From NCBI GenBank assembly GCA_022710975.1, contig JAKLGA010000013.1, positions 141,363 to 205,362 on the forward strand: a DNA stretch of 64,000 bases, written 5' to 3'. The position numbers and the translations under genes are program-made. Every line of letters starts with the position of its first letter. The stretch's first letter is position 1. This DNA is from Myxococcota bacterium (GTDB lineage Bacteria > Myxococcota > B64-G9). Below, piece after piece: positions 8,603-17,951 of the stretch. The notes under the pieces were generated by a model that had not been told where the DNA came from, made no database searches, and was given only the letters and a program-made list of their open reading frames with translations.

Positions 8603-10669
8603 ATGCGCGCGGTCCAATCGCTCGGGCTGCTCGGGCTGTGCCTGCCCGCCCTGGTGGCCGGGCCCGCGGCCGGCCGGGAGCTCCCGCCGCCGGCCGTGCG
8701 TCCGGCCTTCGACCGGACCGCCGAGGCGGTCTCGCTGGAGGGGCCGGCGCGGCACCTGCGCGGGACCGGGGCGCTGCTCGCGCCCCCCGACGCGGCGCTG
8801 ATCGACGGGCTCGTGCGGGCGCGCTTCGAGGGCGCCGAGGTCCAGGCCAGCCTGCTCGCGCGGGCCCGGCTGCGGGCCGGGGACCGACGGGTGGAGCAGG
8901 CCGTGGGCGTGCGCCTGGCCGGGCGCTACGCCTGGCCCGTGGTGATCGAGCGCGGGCGCGCGCGGCGGGTGGGGCTCAAGGTGCTGGTGCTGCGCGAGCC
9001 GGCCCGCAAGGCCACCGAGGTGGTGCTGACGCTGGCCGGGCCGTGGCTCGTGGCGGACCTGTTCGACGCCGACTCCGGCGCGCTGCTGGCGTCCGTGGTC
9101 GCCCGGGGCGTGCCCGCCGGTCCGGGCCGGGTGGCCGTGCGGGCGGAGGCCCCGGCCGGCGCGCGGCTCCTGCTGCTGTCGGGGCGGCAGGCCTGCCTGC
9201 GCATGCCCGACCCGCTCGGGGACGGCCCGCCGCTCGTGGTCGAGCTCGAGCCGCGCGAGGCGCGCGCGGCCGCGGGGCTGGCGCTCGAGCTCGAGCGGCT
9301 GCCGGCCGAGCCCGGGCGCGCGCCGGAGCGGGTCGTGCTCCGCACCGACGCCAGCGGCCTCGAGCGGCTCACCTGCGCCGGGCTGCGCCCGCTGCGGGTG
9401 ACGAACGACCTGCCCTGGAAGTACCTGGACCTCGACTACTTCCACGCCCGCGGGCGGCCGCTGCCGCGCACCGCGGGCGGCCTGGACCTGGGCGCCAGCC
9501 TGAAGAGCCCGGACATGGTGCGCGAGGCGCTGGAGAGCTGGCACCGGGAGCACCCCGCGCGCACCCGGCTGGAGGTCCTCGGGCGGACCTGGCAGGGGCG
9601 GCCGCTGCTGGCGCTCGCCATCGGCGCCGATCTGCAGCCGGACGACCCGCGGCCGGCGCTGCTGCTCCTGGGCGCGCACCACGGCGACGAGCCCATGGCG
9701 GCGGAGGCGGTGCTGGACGCCGCGCAGCAGCTGCTCGAGCGGTCCGACGACGACCCCGAGCTCCGGCGGATCCTCCAGGAGATGGTGGTGTGGTGCCTGC
9801 CGCTGGTCAACCCCGACGGCCTGCAGGCCTTCATGGAGTCGAGCGTGCGGACCGGCCGCAAGAACGGCCGCGACCTGGACCTGGACGGGCGGCGCGGGCC
9901 GGGCGAGGGCGTCGATCTCAACCGCAACTACCCCTTCCGCTGGGACGCCCGCGCCAGCCCCGGGCACCGGCGGGTCACCCCGCCCCGCTCGCGCTACTAC
10001 CCCGGGCCGGGCCCGGCCTCCGAGCCCGAGACCCAGGCGGTCATGCGGCTCGCGGAGCGCGAGCGTTTCCTGGCCGCGATCTCGTTCCACACCGGCACGG
10101 TGGCGCTGCTCGCGCCCTACACCATCCCGGAGGCGGCCAACCCCGAGCCGAACGAGGCCTGGCAGGTGGCCGAGGAGGTCCTGGCCGGCCTGGGCAGGCA
10201 CCCCACCACCGGGCAGGTCTTCCGTGTGCGGCGCAACCTGTACCCGGTCCACGGCGTGGACCAGGACTGGCTGCGCCACACCCACGGCACGCTGGCGCTG
10301 CTGGTCGAGGCGGGCGGCTGGCCGCCCCCGCTCGCGCCCGCCGAGCGCACGGCGGAGCTCGCCGTGCTCCGCCCCCTGTGGCTGGATCTCGCGCGGCGCT
10401 ACCTGGAGGGCCCCTCGCTCACCGGCCGGGTGCTCGACCCCGACGGGCGCCCGCTCGCGGCCGAGGTGCGGCTGACCGGGCAGGCCCTGCGCTCGGGCGA
10501 GCGCTGGACCACCCGGCCGCGGGACGGGCGTTTCGACCGCTACCTGCCCGCACCCGGGCGCCACACCCTGCGCGTCGAGGCCGCCGGGTTCACCGCCGTC
10601 GAGCGCACGCTCGAGGTGGGCAGCGCGCGGGCGGTGGCCGGGGAGATCGTGCTGCGCAGGGCGCCCTGA
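8603..10669 (+). CDS. M14 zinc carboxypeptidase with C-terminal carboxypeptidase-regulatory-like domain
   Basis: Signal peptide. Zinc and catalytic motifs GAHHGDEPMAAE, DLNRNY and SFHTG. C-terminal beta-sandwich LTGRVLDPDGRPLAAEVRL. Confidence 0.8.
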   Translation: MRAVQSLGLLGLCLPALVAGPAAGRELPPPAVRPAFDRTAEAVSLEGPARHLRGTGALLAPPDAALIDGLVRARFEGAEVQASLLARARLRAGDRRVEQAVGVRLAGRYAWPVVIERGRARRVGLKVLVLREPARKATEVVLTLAGPWLVADLFDADSGALLASVVARGVPAGPGRVAVRAEAPAGARLLLLSGRQACLRMPDPLGDGPPLVVELEPREARAAAGLALELERLPAEPGRAPERVVLRTDASGLERLTCAGLRPLRVTNDLPWKYLDLDYFHARGRPLPRTAGGLDLGASLKSPDMVREALESWHREHPARTRLEVLGRTWQGRPLLALAIGADLQPDDPRPALLLLGAHHGDEPMAAEAVLDAAQQLLERSDDDPELRRILQEMVVWCLPLVNPDGLQAFMESSVRTGRKNGRDLDLDGRRGPGEGVDLNRNYPFRWDARASPGHRRVTPPRSRYYPGPGPASEPETQAVMRLAERERFLAAISFHTGTVALLAPYTIPEAANPEPNEAWQVAEEVLAGLGRHPTTGQVFRVRRNLYPVHGVDQDWLRHTHGTLALLVEAGGWPPPLAPAERTAELAVLRPLWLDLARRYLEGPSLTGRVLDPDGRPLAAEVRLTGQALRSGERWTTRPRDGRFDRYLPAPGRHTLRVEAAGFTAVERTLEVGSARAVAGEIVLRRAP

Positions 10670-10673
10670 GGGC

Positions 10674-11588
10674 TCAGGGCGCCGGCGGGGGCGCGCCGAG
10701 CGCGGCCGCCTCGGCCGCGGAGGCCGCGCAGCGGAAGCCGTAGTGGTGGTAGGGGCTGTTCGACGGCACGTGCTGGCGCCGGTAGAACGTGGTGGCCTGC
10801 TCGGCCGGCCAGTACCAGGAGCCGCCGCGCACGACCCGCAGGCTCATGCCCCGGCAGGGCTCCGCGCCGCCGCAGGGGCCGCGCGGGTCCTGGCCGCGGC
10901 AGGCCGGGCCGCACTTCGAGTACGGCGTGTACCAGTCGTTCACCCACTCCCAGGCGTTGCCCGCCATGTCGTACAGCCCGTAGGGGTTGGGCGGCCGGGT
11001 GCCCACCTCGTAGGTGCGGCCCTTCTCGGGGGCGAAGCCCTTCCAGGGTGTGCCGCAGGAGCGCTTGCCCTGGGCGTCCATGATCACCGCCCGCTCGCAG
11101 GTGGCCGGCTCCTCGCCCCAGGGGTAGGTGCGCCCGTCCGTGCCGCGGGCGGCCTTCTCCCACTCGGCCTCGGTGGGCAGGTGCTTGCCGCGGGCCTTGC
11201 AGAAGGCCACCGCGTGGTACCAGCTCTGGCCTACCTTGGGCTGGCGCGGCCGCAGGTAGTCCCTGCCATAGGCGGTCTTGGCCGGCTTGCACTTCTTCTC
11301 GGCCACGCACGCGTCGTAGGCCTCGACCGTCACCTCGTGGGTGTCCATGAAGAAGGTCTGCAGCCAGACCGCCTCCTGCGGCCGGGCGTCCCTGGGACCC
11401 TTGGCGGTCCCGCGCAGGAACGGCCCGCCCGGGATGCAGGCCATGCCCGCGGGCGCCGCGCCGCAGGCGATCACCGTGGGCAGCCTGTCGGGCGGCTCGG
11501 GGGCGGGAGGCTCCGCCCGGGCGATCGACGGGGCCAGGAGGAAGGCCGACAGCAGCAGCCAGGGGATGCGGATGATCGTCGCGCGCAT
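10674..11588 (-). CDS. Formylglycine-generating enzyme (FGE/SUMF1) family protein
   Basis: Signal peptide. Motifs HEVTVEAYDACV, YGLYDMAGNAWEWV and RVVRGGSW are diagnostic of the FGE-sulfatase fold. Confidence 0.8.
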   Translation of the reverse strand: MRATIIRIPWLLLSAFLLAPSIARAEPPAPEPPDRLPTVIACGAAPAGMACIPGGPFLRGTAKGPRDARPQEAVWLQTFFMDTHEVTVEAYDACVAEKKCKPAKTAYGRDYLRPRQPKVGQSWYHAVAFCKARGKHLPTEAEWEKAARGTDGRTYPWGEEPATCERAVIMDAQGKRSCGTPWKGFAPEKGRTYEVGTRPPNPYGLYDMAGNAWEWVNDWYTPYSKCGPACRGQDPRGPCGGAEPCRGMSLRVVRGGSWYWPAEQATTFYRRQHVPSNSPYHHYGFRCAASAAEAAALGAPPPAP

Positions 11589-11626
11589 GCGCCGAGGTTA
11601 CCCCTCCTGGAGGCTCCTTTCCAGCC

Positions 11627-12676
11627 TTGACGCAGAGGTCCCCGGCTGGTAGCGACCATGCAGGAGGAGGCCCCTTGCCCACGAAGCTCCGCCCGATCCT
11701 CGGCCTGCTCACCTGGCTCTCCCTCGCGGCCTGCGCGGAGCGGCCGGCGCTCACCGGGCCGCAGCTCGCGCGGCTCGAGGCGCCCGGCCAGGTGGTGGCC
11801 ATCGGCGATCTGCACGGGGATCTCGAGGCGGCGCGCGCGGCGCTGCGCCTGTGCGGGGCCATCGACGCCCAGGACCGCTGGGTGGGTGGGGAGCTGGTGG
11901 TGGTGCAGACCGGCGACCAGCTCGACCGCGGGGACGACGAGCGCGCCATCCTGGACCTCTTCGACCGGCTGGCCGGCGAGGCCGTGGCGGCCGGCGGGGC
12001 CTTCCTGGTGCTCATCGGCAACCACGAGATCACCAACGCCTCGGGGCTGTACAAGTGGGTCAGCCCGGCCGGCCTGGCCGCCTTCGCCGACTTCTACCGC
12101 GACGACCTACCGGCCGAGGTGCTGGCGGCCTACCTGCCCGAGGAGCGCGGCCGGGCCGCGGCCTTCCTGCCCGGCGGGGCCTACGCCCGCAAGCTCGCCC
12201 GCCGCTCCGTGGTGGTGCAGGTCGAGGATACGGTGTTCGTGCACGGCGGCCTGCTGCCCGAGCACCTGCGCTACGGGCTCGGGCGGCTGAACGACGAGGT
12301 GCGCGCCTGGCTGCGCGGGGACCGGCCCATGGCCCCGAAGCTCATCCTGAACCTCAACGCGGCGCCCACCTGGTCCCGGCGGGTGAGCGTGCCGAAGCCG
12401 AGCAAGGCGGCCTGCGCCCGGCTCGGCGAGGCGCTCGACGCGCTCGGCGCCCGCCGCCTGGTGGTGGGGCACACCATCCAGGAGGGCGGCATCAGCTCGG
12501 CCTGCGACGGGCGGGTGTGGCGCATCGACGTGGGCATGAGCCGGGTGTACGGCGGGCCGGTGCAGGTGCTCCGCATCGAGGGGAGGCGGGTCGAGGTGCT
12601 GAAGGATCCGGCCACCGCCGACCGCCGCCCCGGCCATGAGCCCGGCCCGCGCAACACGGCCGTCCCTTCGCCCTGA
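11627..12676 (+). CDS. Calcineurin-like metallophosphoesterase (Shewanella-like phosphatase type) lipoprotein
   Basis: GDLHGD, GDQLDRGDD, GNHE and VVGHT phosphoesterase motifs. Likelier start is TTG at 11675 (preceded by AGGAGGAGG), giving lipoprotein signal LPTKLRPILGLLTWLSLAAC. Confidence 0.75.
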   Translation: MTQRSPAGSDHAGGGPLPTKLRPILGLLTWLSLAACAERPALTGPQLARLEAPGQVVAIGDLHGDLEAARAALRLCGAIDAQDRWVGGELVVVQTGDQLDRGDDERAILDLFDRLAGEAVAAGGAFLVLIGNHEITNASGLYKWVSPAGLAAFADFYRDDLPAEVLAAYLPEERGRAAAFLPGGAYARKLARRSVVVQVEDTVFVHGGLLPEHLRYGLGRLNDEVRAWLRGDRPMAPKLILNLNAAPTWSRRVSVPKPSKAACARLGEALDALGARRLVVGHTIQEGGISSACDGRVWRIDVGMSRVYGGPVQVLRIEGRRVEVLKDPATADRRPGHEPGPRNTAVPSP

Positions 12677-12746
12677 CCCGCAGAGGTCGGCTCGCTTCCG
12701 TCCGTGGTATCCTGGGGGCGTCGCGCGGAGCGCGGAAGGAGGGACC

Positions 12747-13037
12747 ATGATCCGGAAGATGCGGAGCCTGCTCGGGCTGGGCCTGGCGCTGTGCCTGATG
12801 CTGCCGCTGCTCGCCCAGGTCTCGCCCGGGACGGCCGGACAGGAGGCGGGGGAGGAGGACTCGGTCGTGTACCCGAAGGTGACCTTCATACCCTTCCCCG
12901 ATGTCATCATCACCGGCACCCTGACCATGCCCTCCAGCTCGTTCTACCTGTCCAAGCCGGACGCCAAGTTCAGCTCGCTCGTCCCGGTGCGGGCGGACAT
13001 GCTGCCCGAGCTGGTGCGCTCGGCCGACAGCCTCTAG
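12747..13037 (+). CDS. Small secreted hypothetical protein
   Basis: ATG preceded by GGAAGGAGGG. Signal MIRKMRSLLGLGLALCLMLPLLAQ. 96 aa, no domain. Confidence 0.45.
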   Translation: MIRKMRSLLGLGLALCLMLPLLAQVSPGTAGQEAGEEDSVVYPKVTFIPFPDVIITGTLTMPSSSFYLSKPDAKFSSLVPVRADMLPELVRSADSL

Positions 13038-13074
13038 AGGGGTCTGGGCCGGGCGGGGCGGGGCCGACGGGTGC

Positions 13075-13689
13075 CTACTTGCCGCGCTTGGCCTCTTCCT
13101 TCTCCAGGTCGTCGAAGGCCTTCTCCGCGTTGGCGCGCACGTAGTCGCGCAGCTTGGCGTCGAGCTCCTGCTTGCCGGACAGCAGGTCCTTGATGGCGGC
13201 CAGGTCGAGGGCCATCATGATGTAGATGGTGCCGTCGTTCGGGTCGCGCCAGGTGTCGACGAGCTGGGCGCCGTTGAGATCGCCGATGGAGATGGTCTTC
13301 TGCACCTGCAGCACGTCCGCCTCGTAGCTCTCCTTGCTCATGTCGCCGGCCGTGGTCGAGCGGGAGTAGTCCTTCATCATGTAGGCGATGTAGGTGTTGA
13401 AGACCTTGAGGATCTCGGCCCGAGCCCGGTTGCCGGCCCGATCGCGCTGCATGCTGATGTCCACCATCTTGGGCGCGGAACCCACCCCGAAGATGACCTT
13501 GCCGCGGTCGCCGCTCTGGGCGCCGCCGCCGCTGAACACCCAGGTCGGGGCCTGGACCTGGTTCGGGTTGTAGAGCGGCTGCTCCTCGGGCGGGCGGGTC
13601 TCCTCCTTGCGGGTGTCGTTGCTGGGGCAGCCGGCCAGGCCCAGGGCCAGGAACAGGGATGCGCACAGGCTCGCGTGGATCGTACTCAT
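13075..13689 (-). CDS. Lipoprotein (possibly LPP20-like)
   Basis: Only the C-terminal 204 aa of the 556-aa table ORF look natural: MSTIHASLCASLFLALGLAGC signal and lipobox, K/E/D-rich mature part. Upstream part is R/G-rich junk. Confidence 0.55.
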   Translation of the reverse strand: MSTIHASLCASLFLALGLAGCPSNDTRKEETRPPEEQPLYNPNQVQAPTWVFSGGGAQSGDRGKVIFGVGSAPKMVDISMQRDRAGNRARAEILKVFNTYIAYMMKDYSRSTTAGDMSKESYEADVLQVQKTISIGDLNGAQLVDTWRDPNDGTIYIMMALDLAAIKDLLSGKQELDAKLRDYVRANAEKAFDDLEKEEAKRGK

Positions 13690-13818
13690 GGCGTTCCTTT
13701 CGTCTTCAGGCGGTTTCTGCTTGCCCGCAGCTTGGACCCGCGTCCGGGGGCTGTCAACCCCGGCTTGTCTGCGGCCGGGTCCTCTGCCATGCTCGCCCCG
13801 ACTCTCAGGAGGCGGGCG

Positions 13819-14811
13819 ATGCCGTCGAAGACAGCCGGACTCGGAATGGTGGCGGCGCTGCTCCTGTGCGCCCTGGGCGCGCGGGCGGAGGAGGCAGCGA
13901 CCAAGGAACGGCCCATCGTGGCCGTGTTCCAGCTCCAGGACAAGGGCAAGAAGCTCGACGCGGCCACCCTGGACCAGCTCACCGAGCTGCTGGCCAGCGC
14001 GCTGGCGGAGGGCGGGGTGTTCCGCATCGTCCCGCCAGGGGACATCCGCCGGGCGCTGGTCGAGAAGTCGAAGGAGTCCTACAAGGAGTGCTACGACCAG
14101 GCCTGCCAGATCGAGCTCGGCCGCGAGCTGGCCGCGGGCAAGAGCCTGTCCGGCTCCATCCTGCGGCTCGAGCAGAGTTGCACCGTGGCGCTGGCGCTCT
14201 ACGATCTGCAGTCCCAGACCACGGACGTCACCGCCAGGGAGACCACGGGCTGCAAGGTCTCCGAGCTGCAGGCGGCCCTGGAGAAGGCGGTCGCGGCCCT
14301 GCGGGCCTACCAGCAGGGCGGACCCGCCGCGGTCGCGCCCGGGCCCGCGCCCCTGCCGGCGCTGCCGCCTGCCCCGGCCGACGGCGCTGCCCCGGCCCCG
14401 CCGGCCGGAGGCTACCTGGCCTTCGCCCAGGAGGTCGGGGGCAAGCGCAAGGAGAGCCTGGAGTCCCTCCGGCGGCTGGTCGCCGAGCACCCGCAGGGCC
14501 TGCCCGCGCTCGACGCCCGCCTGGCCTACGCCCAGGCGCTGCTGGTCGGAGGCTGGGCCGCCCAGGCGCTGGAGGTGCTCCGCTCCGTGCGCGCCGCCTC
14601 CGGCTTCGACGGCTGGGGGGGCGCGGCCCTGGCCCGCTTCCTCATGGCCGTGTGCCTGGCGGAGCTCGGCGACCCGGCCATGGCGCGCATCGAGCTGATG
14701 ACGGTGGACCAGCTCCTGCGCGGGGGCAAGGTCGACAAGAAGCACCGCGAGGGCCTGCGCCGCGCGGCCGCCAGGCTGCAGAAGAAGCTGCGCTCCGCCA
14801 AGAACCGCTGA
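13819..14811 (+). CDS. Secreted protein with conserved CxxQxC N-terminal domain (paralog of 31349..32743 N-domain)
   Basis: Internal ATG preceded by AGGAGG. Signal MPSKTAGLGMVAALLLCALGARA. Domain IVAVFQLQDKG...SYKECYDQACQIELGRELAAGKSLSGSILRLEQSCTVALALYDL aligns with the N-domain of the 31349..32743 protein. Confidence 0.6.
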   Translation: MPSKTAGLGMVAALLLCALGARAEEAATKERPIVAVFQLQDKGKKLDAATLDQLTELLASALAEGGVFRIVPPGDIRRALVEKSKESYKECYDQACQIELGRELAAGKSLSGSILRLEQSCTVALALYDLQSQTTDVTARETTGCKVSELQAALEKAVAALRAYQQGGPAAVAPGPAPLPALPPAPADGAAPAPPAGGYLAFAQEVGGKRKESLESLRRLVAEHPQGLPALDARLAYAQALLVGGWAAQALEVLRSVRAASGFDGWGGAALARFLMAVCLAELGDPAMARIELMTVDQLLRGGKVDKKHREGLRRAAARLQKKLRSAKNR

Positions 14812-14942
14812 CTCCCGTCGCCCGCACCCCGCGGCTTACCTGTCTCCTGTCTGGCTGCCTTGCCTGCCCTCGAGGAAGGCCCTGAGGATTTCGGAACCGG
14901 TCCCGGCCATGCGCCGCCCCGGTCTCCTCCGGGTTCCCGCGC

Positions 14943-17066
14943 TCAGTTGCAGGTGAGCGAGAGGGTGTAGGGGCCGGTCTCGCCGGAGTAGTAGGTGGTG
15001 GCCTCGATCATCCAGGTGCCGCCCTCCAGGATGGTCCCGCGGATGCGCGCGTCGTCGCCGCTGCCGCTGTTGTCGTCGTAGTCCTGGAGGAAGCCGTCCG
15101 GGTCCAGCAGGATCAGGAACGGGTCCACCGCGTCGCTCTTCAGATTGATGGTGATGTCCTGGTCGGCCTGGGCCTCGAACAGGTACACGAAGCCGTAGGA
15201 GCCGTAGCGGTCGGGCGCCTCGCAGGCCGGGCTGAAGTTCCCCTGGAGGCTGTCCCCGCAGGCGATCGAGCCGGTGCAGTCGTCGCCCCCTCCGCAGGTG
15301 AGCGTCAGGGTGAAGTCGCCGCCCGTGGCCGACGAGTAGGTGGTGGCCTCGACGGTGTAGGTTCCGCTGGTGGGCAGGGTCGCGGAGAGCAGGGAGTCCA
15401 GGCCCGACCCGCCATCGTCGTCCTCGTCGAGCAGCGCCCCACCCGGGCCGAGCAGGTACAGGTAGGCGTCGAAGTCCGGGCTGGAGAGCGCGAGGGTCAC
15501 CCGGTCTCCGGCGCTGCCGGCGAAGGTGTAGGCGCGGGCGTAGGCGTAGGGGTCCTGGGTGGAGACGCAGCCCGGGGCGAGGGTGCCGCTCGCGCTGCCC
15601 CCGCAGGCGATGGCCGCGCTGCAGTCGCCGGCGTCGGCGCAGGTGACCCGCAGGGTGAAGGCGCCGCTCGTGTCCGCGGCGTAGGTGGTGGCCTCGATGG
15701 TGTAGCTGCCGCTCGCGCTCAGGGCGTAGACGATCTGCGACTCGCGGATCGATTCGCCGTCGTCGTTGTAGGCCAGCTGCGCCCCGCCCGGGCCGAGCAG
15801 GTAGAGGTAGGTGTCGACGGTGCTGGACAGGTCGATGGTCAGCACCTGGCCGGCCGTGCCCTGGAGCACGTACTGCTTGGCGTAGCTGCCGGCGCGCTGG
15901 GTGGACTCGCAGCCCGGCTCGAAGCTGGACGAGGCCGTGCCGCCGCACTGGATGGGCGCGGTGAACTCGGTGGCCGGGTCGCAGCCGACGGGATCTTGCG
16001 CGCAGGCGCCGGTGGCGGCGTCGCAGTGCGAGCCGGCCGGGCAGGAGGTCGCGTCGCACACGCACTGGCCGTCGGCCAGGCGGCACACGGTCGTGGGGGG
16101 GCAGTCGTCGTCGCCGGTGCACACGTTCTCGCACTGGCAGGTGAGCGGATCGCACACCTGGCTGCCCGCCGTGCACAGGCCGCCGCAGCAGTCGGTCTGC
16201 TGGCACTGGTGGGTGCCGTAGTTGCAGGTGGCCGGCGCCGGGCAGTCCGAGTTCGAGTCGCAGCCCGGCTTGCAGAGGCCCGCGCCCAGCTCACACCACT
16301 GGCCCGCGGGGCAGCTCTCCAGGCTGCAGCCGGGCTGCACGCAGAAGCCGTCCTGGCAGACCTGGCCCGCGGCCGGGCAGTCCGCGTCGATGGCGCAGTC
16401 GGTCTCGCGGGCCACGCACTTGGCTTCCACGCAGAGGGGCAGGGCCGGATTGACGCACTCAGAGTCCGCGATGCAGCCGCTCTGATCGGCCGCGCACTCG
16501 CCGAAGTTGCAGAAGAAGCCCACGCAGCAGTCCTCGTCGCCCAGGCACACGGCCGCCGGGGCGGCGCACACACCGCCCCGGCACACCTGGCAGCCGTCGC
16601 CCACGCAGTCCTCGCGGGTCTGGCAGGACACCGGCTGGCAGATGCCCGCCTCGCACACCTGGCCTGCGGGGCACGCCGCGTCGGCCTCGCAGCGCGGCGA
16701 GCACACGCTGCTCGCGCAGGCCTCGCCCGCGTAGCAGTCGCAGTCGCTCAGGCAGGTGGCGGGGGCCGGCCTCTCCTCGCACCTGAGGCTGAAGCGGTTG
16801 CAGGTGTAGCCGTGGAGCCGGTCGCACTCGAAGTTGCAGCCGGAGGGGCAGGGGGTCTCCAGGCTGGTGCACACCCCGTCGATGCACTGCAGGCCCGCGC
16901 AGCAGTCCTCCGGGGCGGAGCACACCAGCGCGCAGCCGCCGCCGTCTCCGCCCCCGTCCGGCGGGCCCCCGTCCGGCGGGGAGATCTCCTGGCCGCAGCC
17001 GGCCAGGGTCCAGGTGACGCCGACGAGCAAAACCAGGAGGGGCGAGAGGACGCGGACTCGCAGCAT
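14943..17066 (-). CDS. Cys-rich repeat lipoprotein with three C-terminal pre-peptidase C-terminal (PPC)-like domains
   Basis: Internal ATG (MLRVRVLSPLLVLLVGVTWTLAGC) preceded by GGAGGAG. About 350 aa of Cys-rich repeats, then three about 110-aa repeats ending YTIEATTY...TLRVTC, YTVEATTY...TLTLTC and WMIEATTY...TLSLTC. Confidence 0.7.
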   Translation of the reverse strand: MLRVRVLSPLLVLLVGVTWTLAGCGQEISPPDGGPPDGGGDGGGCALVCSAPEDCCAGLQCIDGVCTSLETPCPSGCNFECDRLHGYTCNRFSLRCEERPAPATCLSDCDCYAGEACASSVCSPRCEADAACPAGQVCEAGICQPVSCQTREDCVGDGCQVCRGGVCAAPAAVCLGDEDCCVGFFCNFGECAADQSGCIADSECVNPALPLCVEAKCVARETDCAIDADCPAAGQVCQDGFCVQPGCSLESCPAGQWCELGAGLCKPGCDSNSDCPAPATCNYGTHQCQQTDCCGGLCTAGSQVCDPLTCQCENVCTGDDDCPPTTVCRLADGQCVCDATSCPAGSHCDAATGACAQDPVGCDPATEFTAPIQCGGTASSSFEPGCESTQRAGSYAKQYVLQGTAGQVLTIDLSSTVDTYLYLLGPGGAQLAYNDDGESIRESQIVYALSASGSYTIEATTYAADTSGAFTLRVTCADAGDCSAAIACGGSASGTLAPGCVSTQDPYAYARAYTFAGSAGDRVTLALSSPDFDAYLYLLGPGGALLDEDDDGGSGLDSLLSATLPTSGTYTVEATTYSSATGGDFTLTLTCGGGDDCTGSIACGDSLQGNFSPACEAPDRYGSYGFVYLFEAQADQDITINLKSDAVDPFLILLDPDGFLQDYDDNSGSGDDARIRGTILEGGTWMIEATTYYSGETGPYTLSLTCN

Positions 17067-17279
17067 AGGGGACTCCTCCGAACTTCCGGAGACACCCGAC
17101 GAACCCCGATCTTCCCAGGAGCCGAGCAGGAAACTAGCGCTGGAGGGGCTTCGCGTCAACCGGCGCCGGCCGGGACCCCGCGGAGGGCTGGAGCGGCCCG
17201 CCTTGACCTCGCGCAGCGGATGCGGATAGCCTCTGCTCGGTTTCGAACCGAGAGGACCTGGGGCGTGGATCTGTTCCGC

Positions 17280-17936
17280 ATGCAGGGCGCCTGGCAGCCC
17301 TGGAACGCCTGGCTGTACGAGACCGTGGTGGCCAGCCACATCGCGCCGCTGTACGAGCGGCTGGCGGACTCCCTGGACGCCAACCTCGAGCTACGCGGGC
17401 GGGTGCTGGACGTGGGCTGCGGGCCGGGCCAGCTCGCGGCCATCCTGGCGCGCCGCCACCCCGCCTGCCAGCTCGTGGGCGCGGACCTCTCGGAGACCAT
17501 GATCCGGCTGGCCCGCCGGCGCGCGGCCGATCTGCCCAACCTGTCCTTCCGCGCCGCGGCGGCCGAGGCGCTGCCCTTCGCCGACGGGGAGTTCGACCTG
17601 GCGCTCAGCGTGACGTCGATCAAGCACTGGGCGGACCAGGAGCGCGGCGTGCGCGAGATGGTCCGGGTGGTGCGGCCCGGCGGGCGGGTGTTCGTGCTGG
17701 AGCTCGACCGCGAGCTCGACCAGGCCAAGGCCGAGGCCTTCGTGCGGCGCTGGCCGCGCGTGCTGCGCCTGCTGGGGCCGCTCCTGGCCTCCTACTTCCG
17801 CAGGGTGGTCGCGGCCCAGGGGCTGGACCTGGCCAGCCTGCGCGGCCTGCTCCAGGCCGCCGGGCTCGAGGCGGTGGGCGGCGCCGCCGACGCCGAGGGG
17901 CCGATCGTCTACGCCCACGGGCGCAAGTCTGCCTGA
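17280..17936 (+). CDS. Class I SAM-dependent methyltransferase
   Basis: VLDVGCGPG (motif I), ADGEFDLAL, VVRPGGRVFVLE. Alternative start at 17217. Confidence 0.75.
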   Translation: MQGAWQPWNAWLYETVVASHIAPLYERLADSLDANLELRGRVLDVGCGPGQLAAILARRHPACQLVGADLSETMIRLARRRAADLPNLSFRAAAAEALPFADGEFDLALSVTSIKHWADQERGVREMVRVVRPGGRVFVLELDRELDQAKAEAFVRRWPRVLRLLGPLLASYFRRVVAAQGLDLASLRGLLQAAGLEAVGGAADAEGPIVYAHGRKSA

Positions 17937-17951
17937 GCCGGCTCCTGGGGC

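Noticed and set aside
8546-10743. 672-aa minus and 701-aa plus ORFs over the peptidase gene
   Set aside because: Arg/Ala/Gly/Pro-rich shadow frames. The 8603..10669 frame has the M14 zinc motifs.
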